DNA from: Owenia fusiformis
Lineage: Eukaryota
NCBI GenBank assembly: GCA_903813345.2
Contig: CAIIXF020000001.1
Location: forward strand, 18,476,001-18,540,000
Length of the DNA stretch: 64,000 bases
Direction of reading: 5' to 3'
Below, one piece after another: positions 49,523-59,900 of the stretch. Position 1 is the first letter of the stretch; the number at the start of each line of letters is the position of its first letter. The position numbers were made by a program, and so were the translations under genes. Under the pieces are notes generated by a model. It did no database searches. It was not told where the DNA came from and saw only the letters and a list, made by a program, of their open reading frames with translations.

Positions 49523-52454
49523 ATGGTTGGTTTTTCGTTTCTTATGACTTTGTAAATCCATCAACATCGAAGACAAACTACTTTGTATTTACAATTAGAT
49601 ATTATTTCCTTAAAGGAGGATAATGTTTCTATGATTTCAGACCATAAACGTTATTATTGTGCTTTGGAGTCGAACAGAATTTAGATATATTTCAAGAAAG
49701 TTCTCTATCATAAAAATTTGAGATTTTTCCACATTTTTATCTCACCAAATGAAGTAAGCCTATGCCGTATGATCATCAGACATGATGCTCTTGTCACTGA
49801 ATGGTCTCAGACTCCAGGCAAAGGAGTTTACAGTTGCTAGTGCTTGTTTGAGACCAAACCACTTTTGGAGTCCGTTATAAACATGATAAATATTGTATCC
49901 CAATTCTGACTCCTACATGTTTCTCTCTTTATAGACCAAGGGAACTTCCAGTTTTGGAAAGCGGCACAACAAGTCCCACACGTTGTGCCGTAGGTGTGGT
50001 ACCAGCAGTTACCATATTCAGAAGAAAACATGTGCACAGTGTGGATACCCAGCTGCTAGAAGGCGTCACTGTAAGTTTCAAGATATTGTGGTTTTAATAA
50101 TAATATGAAGGAAGTTCTGTTCACTGTGGTATATCTGTATGTTCAGGAATGGCTTCTTGTTGGAAGTCCATTATTAGGTATGTCGCACAACTCATTCCAT
50201 AGTCCATACATTGTCTACATCAAGCAAAAATGTTGTTGACCAGTTGTCATTTCCCACAATGCATCGTGTCAAGTAGGACAAATTTTCATTGGTCCGTCGA
50301 TCATTACCAAATTATCAAATCTATCATACAAAAAATCTAACCCACTTTATATACCCGAGAATTTGTTTCTTTCGTATTGAGTAACTGTGTGTGTCTCAGC
50401 TCCCAGGCATGAAGTCAGTGATGTCATGGTAATGCATTTCATGATAATCGTCTGCTGAAAGATTTTGATGAAGGAGAAATGTCAAATAGGGCTGAACTAT
50501 TGAACTCAATATCAGACCTAAATAACGGTTTTGTACCCAAAAAATGAAAACAGGAGATAAGAATATTGTTGTCATTCTTAAATTGCAAATTGGCTTATTG
50601 GATTTGTACCGTACTTAAACTTAAAAAACTCAATAATTTATTGAGGTATGCTATATTATCTGTAAAATGTGTTCTGAGCCAATGGTTTGTATTTATACAG
50701 GAAAACATATATTGGGTAGGAACATATGGGTGCTGTTCTCCAATTGAACTTTGTAAGAGTAGTAGGGTCTAAACTTTTCATTACTTAACTCTATCATCTC
50801 AATTTGATTCTATGATGATGAACTTACCGCCCCAGTCTGATTGCTATGACTGATTGGATGTTCTGAGAATCTTTAAGTTTTTCCTAAGACTGGTTGGTCT
50901 CTGTCAAAAGTACTTGCAAGTTTAAAGTTTGTATACTATTTTGCCAAATTGGCCTTAAGAGAGGGCTACAATTGTATAATGGTTTAAGTAGACTATCAAA
51001 TAGACTGTCAAATATTTTCAGCATTCAATTGTCAATTTCAGTTTGTCCAGTCTCCCTTATTTACCTGGTTTCCTCTTATAGAGATACATTTATTTTCAGA
51101 CAACTGGAGTGTAAAAGCCAAACGCCGAAAGACGCAAGGAACAGGACGCATGAGGCACATGAAAGTTGTGTTCAGAAAGTTCAGGTAAATAAACTTGATT
51201 GCAAAAAATCTTATAGCCCGTCTCATGCATTTGTAGAATTCTGGTAAAGTTGTATTGTCCTTTTTGGTACTAGGATGTCTAAAAGAGTCATTGTCAGTTA
51301 GAGAGGACACTTTTCGGTACCGATTAATACTTTTACAGCAAGAGGGGCATGTTAATCTATTAGTATGAATAGTCATCACAATTATCTTGATTTTGAACAA
51401 TGTATTCATATTCATCCAGGATAATATATAAATATTTACATGAAAATTTGAAAAATCAACCCATTTCATTGATTATCATGACCATGAAAATTACATCAAA
51501 GTTAAAAAGGCTTTCAAGACTTGAAAGCCCATGTTCAGACGAAATGATCTCAGAATGCAATAACGCTGTAAGTAGTGGACTACATGTATTTAAAAAAGGG
51601 ATGGAATGTATTGTAACCTAAGCTGGAATACTGTTCTCCTGATTAATTTCGCTAATTTTGAGAAAACACGATTTCACGGCTATTAAATTTCGTGAATTTC
51701 ACTAAGAACACCTATGACTATGTCATCTTGGTCAACGACACGCTGCACTTTAACCTCTATTACATTGTAATTTTTTGGTATATTTGATCTAATAAGCCAC
51801 TGTAACTGACATCGTTACTTAGTATCCCATTTATCACCTAAAAACACTTGACAAGCATTTTTCAAAACACGAAATGCAATGGAGTCCCAGGTAATAAAAA
51901 ATTTCACAAATCCCCAGGAATTTAATTGACAAATTCGCAAAGATTAATTTTCGCGATTTTACCACAATCGCAAAAAGCGCAAAACTAAATTGCACAGAAA
52001 AAAATACTGGGAATACAGTAAACACCATTCGGAAAATATATTTCTCAATTTTAAATATTGATTCAAGCTGATCGGTTCCTTTTAACTGAGACTGACATTT
52101 CATCAACCACAAAAATATATTTTATTGTTGAATATGCTGATGAGTCCTATTCTTCAAATTGTTTAGCCAGTTAACTTAAGTCCTCTTGGAAATTCTGATT
52201 ACTATCAATTCTGTGATGATCAACTTACCGCCCCAGTCTGATTGCTGTGACTGATTGGATGATCTGAGAAAAAACATAGTAGCGAGATTTGACAAAATGC
52301 AAGATAGTATTTGTGTTTTAAAATTTTGTACTAATTACCAGTATTGAAATGAAAATATTTTTTGTGTTTCAGGAACGGATTCCGTGAGGGTACAGTCCCC
52401 AAGCCTCGCCGTGCCGGAGCTGCTGCCCCTAGCACTACTGTGGCCACCAAATAA
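49523..52454 (+). CDS. RPL37: 60S ribosomal protein L37 (eL37; 4 coding exons, ~101 aa)
   Basis: Exons 49523-49525 (ATG only), 49935-50070, 51100-51184, 52373-52454 give [107 protein letters not shown] at ~52496. Confidence 0.98.
50807..50870 (+). ncRNA. SNORD31: Box C/D snoRNA, U31/SNORD31 (yeast snR67) type, copy 1, RPL37 intron 2
   Basis: Box C ATGATGA at 50812-50818; guide TACCGCCCCAGT followed by box D' CTGA at 50837-50840; C'-like ATGACTGA; box D CTGA at 50863-50866; TTCT/AGAA terminal stem. The guide is complementary to the LSU rRNA P-loop ACUGGGGCGGUA, and the D+5 rule selects the G equivalent to E. coli Gm2251 / yeast Gm2619. Confidence 0.9.
52208..52271 (+). ncRNA. SNORD31: Box C/D snoRNA, U31/SNORD31 type, copy 2, RPL37 intron 3
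   Basis: Box C GTGATGA at 52213-52219, identical guide and D' box, box D CTGA at 52264-52267, about 105 nt upstream of the 3' splice site. Confidence 0.9.
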
Positions 52455-52824
52455 GCACAGAGACTCTAAAATATTACTTGTAATATAAACCAGTAAATAA
52501 ACACACTTTACATGCCTCAAATTGGAATTCTCAAGTTGTGTTGATTTGTATTGTGTGAAAACAGACCATAGGCTTGGATATGGATCCGGATATTTCCTAC
52601 AGGGTGAAGCCAAAAAAGTGCAACCTTCTTTTGTAGGATAAAATCTCTCAGTTCTAGAGGGAAATCTTCTTTTTTTATAAAATATTGTGTGAAGTTATCA
52701 ATGCATTGAATATTAGAATAGTGATATACTTCTAAAAGAATCGATGATATAGAAAAACCATGTCTTCCATTGATGCTATTAAAGAAGTACATCATTGTTT
52801 CATGTATTTTAAAATGCCCCCCAA

Positions 52825-53462
52825 AAACGTTAATTTGAATTTTAAACCTACCCTTTCTTTGGAAAATCAATGATTGTGAGTCTCACAGTACACTGTTTTT
52901 CTTCAAACTTGTTCCATTAAAACCTTCACAGAAATACCTTTCACTCGAGACATTGCTTTTGTGTACAGAGTCGCTCGTTTTAGCGGCGTTTTGGTCCCCA
53001 GATCTGGGAAGATACAAATCTTCAGAGATTTCAACCAAAAGCCTCGATATTGCCAGTTTTTTTATTATTCTCCCCTTTATTTTGCACAAGGACTCCCATT
53101 ACAACACTCCATCTCTGCATCAACATATTTATTACTTTAAACGTATGTTATCAACATGTTGATGCAGCGATGGAGGGTTGAAATGGGAGTCCTTGCGCAG
53201 AATATGGGGGAGAGTGATAGAACTGGCGAGATATCAAGGATTGTGGTTGAAATCTCTGAGGATTTGCAACTTCTCACATCTGGGGACCAAAACGCAGCTA
53301 CAACGAGGGACTTTGTAAACAAAAGCAATGTCCCGACTGAAAGTAATTTCTGTGAAGGTTTTAATGGAACAAGTTTGAAGAAAAAAAAACGGTGTAGTGT
53401 GAGACTCACAATCATTGATTTTCCAAAGACAGGGTAGATTTGAAATTCAAATTAACGGTTTT
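52825..53462. mobile_element. ~640-bp near-continuous palindrome (foldback element) just downstream of RPL37
   Basis: Arms CGTTAATTTGAATTT...GATTGTGAGTCTCAC...CTTCAAACTTGTTCCATTAAAACCTTCACAGAAAT...TTTTGGTCCCCAGAT and their reverse complement, centred near 53130-53155; this explains the mirrored ORFs there. Confidence 0.88.
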
Positions 53463-55836
53463 GCGGGGTGTTTTGGTTTCGATACGCCCCGGTGAGTTAG
53501 TACCGCGTGCTACTAGTCCAAAAAGAAGCTTAATGAAATTGGTTTCCCTTTTCCAAAAACTCCTTTCAAAACCAATGGCATGTACGATAAACTGTCTTGA
53601 GATCTCAAAAGCAAGTGGCCGCTCTTGAGATGAACATTTTAATGAAGACAATACTTGAGCTGAAAAACATGTAGTTTTAAATCTTGGAACTCATTTTACC
53701 TGTTTACTCCAATATAATTTACACAATCACAATTTTAAAGTTTTTTGTCATTTAATTTCATTACAAGGACACAACATGTTTGTTTTCTAAAATCAGAAGC
53801 GAAGTGACATTAAACATATGTAGAATGATGCAGATGCGAGTAGGTAGTTACCAATTTCACCACCAGGTGGCACGTTCGGGTCAGATAGCATGGCGGGTAT
53901 AGTAGAAAGTTCCCTTCAATTACATCTGTTTTAGTGGTTCAATTTTCATATAAACCTTATGTATCTAATAGTTATGCAAATTAAAAAATGTCCAGTAAAG
54001 GAAAATGTTATTTGTCGATTACAAGAAAAGATATTTCACTTTTTGTGACCTTGTAACATGGGGTCTATGGAGATTCAACCCGAACTAGAAATCACATTTT
54101 CAAAATAAATTAAATTTTCAAAGTTGATAAACAATTTTCTAAACCATATTTCTAGATGTACTTTTACATGCAGATTTCAAATATGACACTACTTTGACTG
54201 AATTTTGAATATTTAATGACGTAAATCAAGATTATTGCTACACGCATCTAGTACATTCTGCAATGTCATTTATAGCTTATGTGATGTTTATTTATGATAC
54301 ATCAGAACATTTTGAAAGAAGATTTCTCTGAAGACAATATGTATGTTTCAAATATGGGAACTGCAAATTGGCAAATATTAGTATAAGCACCTGCACCAAT
54401 ATAGACATTTGATTTGAATAATTTTTACCAAAATGCCTATGGGCATTTATTAAATGTAATTTACATACTGTATGGTTAAGATGTTTAGAAACAATTGAAA
54501 TAAGAAAAACCATTCTCATTGAACATGTTGAAGTGCCCATATATCATATTTACAGTAATTGCAATCATTTACTCCGAGGAAATGTCCATGGGCATTTTTG
54601 AATTTAACTTCCTAACAGTTCAAGCAAGACTGGAAGAGCCTCAAAAGGAAAACAAAACCTTATAATAGAAAAACCCAAATTCTAAAAATGTTCACATAAA
54701 TACCTGCGAGAATCTACAGTATTAACATTTATTATCACTATCAGTCATGATCAAAATTAAGCCTATACACCTTTCCATAAAGTCACGTCATGAATATTCA
54801 TAAGGCCGCTGAATACAGCAGTGACGTCACTCGCGGAGTCTTGTCCTGCATAGTACAGCGGGAAAATCAAAATCTGAAAGTACGTGACAGACTTACCTTT
54901 TTCAGTGCCGGTGTAAAAGGGCAGGAGGTCCTACTCTCCATTGATTTATATGGTGACCTAAATACAACTCTTTCCCTCATTATCTTATACACAATCAGGG
55001 CCAGATTTGGCCGTTAAGAAAGGAGACCATAATCCCTGGGGGACCATCATTTCTTTCACACCGGCTTTCATTTCTTGTATTAGAAATAGTGAAGTAAAAT
55101 ATCATCTCTCAGTTTTGGTCATTACTGGGCCTTTTAAGGCCTTATTTTTTATTTCAGGGCAAATTTTGATCCGCCCCTGTTGCCCATTTACACTTTTTTC
55201 TGGGGGTGTTTGTAATATATTTAGCCAGGGTGGTTGATAAGTGGTGCATTTTTTTCGGGACAACCCCACTATATATTATAGGCCTAACTCCCCGGGACTA
55301 GCTCCCGGCATTGGAATCTTTTAATTTCGTCCAGCGCATCCGGGTACTTCAATTAAGTTGCAGAAAATATTGATTCTTTCTCTCAGTCATTTTAAAGTTA
55401 ATGACAGCCATAACCAATATGATGGAACTGCTTACAGATAGTATATATTCATAAGTAAGTTACTGTGTCTAGGAATTTCATTATGCAAATTTAGTGGCTC
55501 ACTCATAACATAATGAATCTCTATTATCGCCCGCAAGACAAAATTTGAAACCGAACACAGATCCGGAGCCAGATCCAGCACAGGATCTTGTAGCACCTTA
55601 TATGGTATTGTTTATGATGACTGATATGGGGCTTTATATCCAGCCCCTATATTAGGATAAATGGGAAGATAAGACACAAGGCAAAAATGGCACATCAAAA
55701 AATGACCTCCCAAAAATGTGACCCTCATACTGACCTTTATTTTTTTCCATCTCTCAGACCATGCCATGGTCAGACATGATATCCATTATTGACGCTGTAA
55801 TTCGAATTTTCCCAGACATTTATTTCAAATTTTGGA

Positions 55837-56109
55837 TAATGGAGTGCTTCGGTAATTTCTGACAGTGTCTGATGTTGTTCGTCTCTCAAATTATGTCACA
55901 TTGCAACAAACAGCCAGTGAAAGTAAAGGATCGCGTAGCCTAACAAACCATTGTTATTGTTTATACAGGAGTTTAAGAAACGTCATGGGACTTCTCGGTA
56001 ATCTCTCATGTGATGTGACGTCATCCGGATTGGCGTCACATTCTCAGAAAAGGCATTTGACTCCAGGAATAAACATTTGAACAACAGAAATAGTCGAAGC
56101 ACTCCATTA
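55837..56109. mobile_element. ~273-bp inverted-repeat element upstream of SMUG1, containing CRE and CCAAT motifs
   Basis: TAATGGAGTGCTTCGGTAATTTCTG...CAGAAATAGTCGAAGCACTCCATTA (25-bp TIR, 3 mismatches); internal TGACGTCA (~56017) and ATTGG (~56029). Confidence 0.65.
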
Positions 56110-56922
56110 ACTATACGCTCGCTTATTTTATGCTTTAATCAACAGACGCTCTCTTGGATGTGTGGCTTTAGTGATTGGAGTTGAAGCTAACAACAATACG
56201 CATCATTTGAGGTATGACATGTGATATTTATTGATAAACTGACTCCAAAATCAAGGAAAAATAAATTTTCTGAAGATCTCGTGTCTTGTCCTTGAGTATA
56301 TTTATTGAACCTAGACACCACTAAAGAAGAGGTAATCTTGCAGAGGTCGGTGAAACTGAACCTGATATTGGCCGAATTTGCTGAAATCATAGGCTAGTCT
56401 AGTAGATCTATGGCTGACGTCTGGATTTCAATAATAATTACTAATTACTGGATGTATCATGTGGGTATACCATATTATTAAAGATTGCCAAAATGTTGAA
56501 ACAGGCTTTTTCTGACAAGTAACAAAAAATATGGATGTTTAAAAAACATTAAATAACTGATCAAAGCTCTTGGCATGATAAAAAAATATTCAAAGTTATC
56601 AGACTTTCAGTTCAGTATATAATAGATAGATGGAGCTGATTGTTGTTCACATTTACATGTATATCATTGACTACATTCCAAATCTGTATCTTAACACTTA
56701 TAATACTGAATAAAACAACAACCTTTAAAATCTGCAATTGCATATAGCAAGTTTGGATGTGCAGAAGCTCTCTTCTGTACTATGTCATAGAATATATTTT
56801 AATCCTCACTGTGATAAGCAAGGAGAAAGTTTGATTGAAATCATGGGCTAACAAGGCATTTTATACTTCCAGGTGCATTTAACATTATTCCTTGAAGAGG
56901 ACATGCTGGGTGACTGCTAACA

Positions 56923-59900
56923 ATGGACAGCACAGACAGCAATCAATTACACAAAGGACATTTTAATGCAGTTGTAACATATGAGAGTGAAATGGTTAAG
57001 AACCCATCACATTCAGATACAATACAGTGTGGTATAAATTCTCCGTATTTAAACATGAGTCACACCAACTTTGATTATCAATATAGCCAGTTGAACCACT
57101 TAATCCCATCAACGACTACAGTGTCTAATGAAGCTAAGGAAATGCCTATGCAACAATATTGGCAGCATCCACATATGAGCAATGTGATCAACTGTAGAGG
57201 GAACTCAAAGCCAGAATGTAGCATACCAGGAAATAAAATATCTGGTAGTGTAAAATCAGGAAATGCAATACCGGAAAATGCAATATCAGAAAGTGCAATA
57301 CCAGAAAATGCAATATTAGGAAATGCAATAACAGAAAGTGCAATGCATAGAAATGGTCCATCAAACATGTATCAAGGTCACTCTGGTTTAAGAAGTGACA
57401 TTTATGGCAATCAACAGATCAATTATAAAGTTCAAACTTATGATAGAGACTATGTATCTCCTGGGATACAACAGTCTAACAAACAACATCTGACGCAATT
57501 TGGAAATGTGCCCCATGACGAATGTCCTATTATCAAACAAGACAATGAAAGAACTCTTAATCAAGATAATTCTATGGGCATTATAAAGGCCCAACATTTA
57601 GAACACTCAAATAATGTATCTCATTGTTATAGAAGTGACAATAAGCAACCTTCAATAACCCTGTCTCCACCATACACAGTGACATATGGGGCACACTTGG
57701 ACACTAGTTTAGGAACAAGTCGCACACCTACATCTGTGCCCACACAGGCCCCTGTTACATATACTGGCATCAAAAATGAGCCTGGTTTATTTAAACCAAA
57801 GGACTTCATTAATAGCGCACATACTTGTTATGATCCAAATGTACCAAGCTATCGTAATGAAGGGATTAATCACAATTACCTGTCAGTGAATGGACCTTAC
57901 AATCATTATAGTCATACAGGTGATACTACAAAATGGTGTGATAGCAACAAACAACCTGTTCATGAACAACATGTGATTGTTCCCAGCTTCAACCATTTTA
58001 AAATGTTACAAACAGAATCAGCTGATTTATCAAAGAAGCAAGTAACCTCTGATCTAGTGACTAAAGTTAGTCCAAGCAAAAGGAAACCTCGATCACCTGC
58101 TAAGCCAAAACCTGATTTAAACATAGATCCTAATTTTACAATACATAGTCCATTGGCATCTTATGTACTACAAGAGGAGCATAGCAATGTTATTGTTGAA
58201 CAGTTTCTGAGGTCTGAGTTTACACTGTGTGAGGCCCTCTCAAAAATAGCATTCAAACATCCAGTGGCTTACATTTATAACCCACTGAATTATGCCATAA
58301 GAACCCATGTTGACTTCATACAGAAATATTGCACAACTGAAAAACAGATTTTGCTACTGGGAATGAATCCAGGTCCATGGGGTATGTCTCAAAATGGGGT
58401 AAGTAGATGTAAAGTTTTTAAATGTCTCCACCACAAGTGGTGACATATTGTTATTCTCCAACATTTTTTGTGGATGGTGTTCGGAGTTCAGTGGTTAGCA
58501 TTGGAGTTCAGAGTCAGTTACAAATGGCAGGTGGAAACATTTTGCATGTTAATGCCTTGTTAATAAATGTAATTGTCTTACTCTTATGACGTGTATCATA
58601 TATCTGTCTGTGGGTGTCCAGATTGATTGTATAACTTTATTGCTGTGATATTGGAAATTTTTCACATTTTTTGATTCCGTTTTCATTCAAAACATCTTTT
58701 AAATTTAAGCTTTGTCTGTTTAGTTAAATGGATGTAATTAGTGAAAATAAACCCTGTCTTCTAGCTAGAAATGTTCAAAAAAGAAAGGTTGCATTGCATG
58801 TTTCCACAGAACATATGATATTGATATCTAAGAAAGACTCTTTCTGAAATATTTCTAGGTGCCTTTTGGAGAAGGTGATATTGTAAGAGACTGGCTAAAG
58901 GTGACAGGGAGTGTTGGTAAGCCACTTAGAGAACACCCACAAAGACCTATACATGGACTAGATTCTACCAGGAAAGAGGTGTGTTAACTTAGATCATTAC
59001 ATGTACATGAATGTTAATACGTTTGAAATGCTAGATGATTTGCATAAAATCTCTGATAACCCCCTCCCCTCATACTCATTTTCTTACAATGTTAAGAAGG
59101 GAGAGGAGGACAAATAAGGAAATTGCTTCACATCAGTAGTTTTTTTAAAACAAAGTCTACCAGCCATGGTATTAATATGTATCATTAGCATCGTACTTCA
59201 TTTAAATGTGTTAATGAGAACTATAATTTATAGGCCTACATGGTCTAACATTTGATGTCTGCTTGTCTAACAATTTCAAGTGGATTGTACCAGACTCTGG
59301 AAGTTAGTTTGATATTTTCATGTCAGTGTACCAGACTCTGGAAGTTAATTTGATATTTTCATGTCAGTGTACCAGACTCTGGGAGTTAATTTGATATTTT
59401 CATTTCAGTGGTGCCAGACTCTGGAATTTGATTTGATATTTCTGTGTCAGTGGTACCAGACTCTGGAATTTAATTCTATATTTTCAGGTCAGTAGTACCA
59501 GACTCTGGCAGTTAATTCTATATTTTCAGGTCAGTGGTACCAGACTCTGGCAGTTAATTCTATATTTTCAGGTCAGTGGTACCAGGCTCTTGCATTTTTC
59601 TATATTTTCAGCTCAGTGGTACCAGGCTCTTGCAGTTTTCTATATTTTCAGCTTAGTGGTACCAGACTCTGGCAGTTAATCCTATATATTTCATGTCAGT
59701 GGTACCAGGTTCTTACAGTTTTCTATATTTTCAGGTCAGTGGTACCAGGTTCTTGCAGTTTTCTATATTTTCAGGTCAGTGGTACCAGGCTCTTGCAGTT
59801 TTCTATATTTTATGTCAGTGGTAATAGGCTCTTGCAGTTTTCTATATTTTCAGGTCAGTGGTACCAAGCTCCTGCAGTTTTCTATATTTTCATGTCAGTG

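Noticed and set aside
52136-52200. CTGATGAGTCC as a hammerhead ribozyme core or a further snoRNA
   Set aside because: There is no closing GAC-GAAA for stem II and no cleavage-site helix; the short GTCCTATTC complementarity to 18S rRNA is not positioned next to a D or D' box.
52883-53437. Paired similar ORFs on opposite strands, also 17683-17970 and 18490-18693
   Set aside because: They are mirror translations of palindromic transposon arms, not genes.
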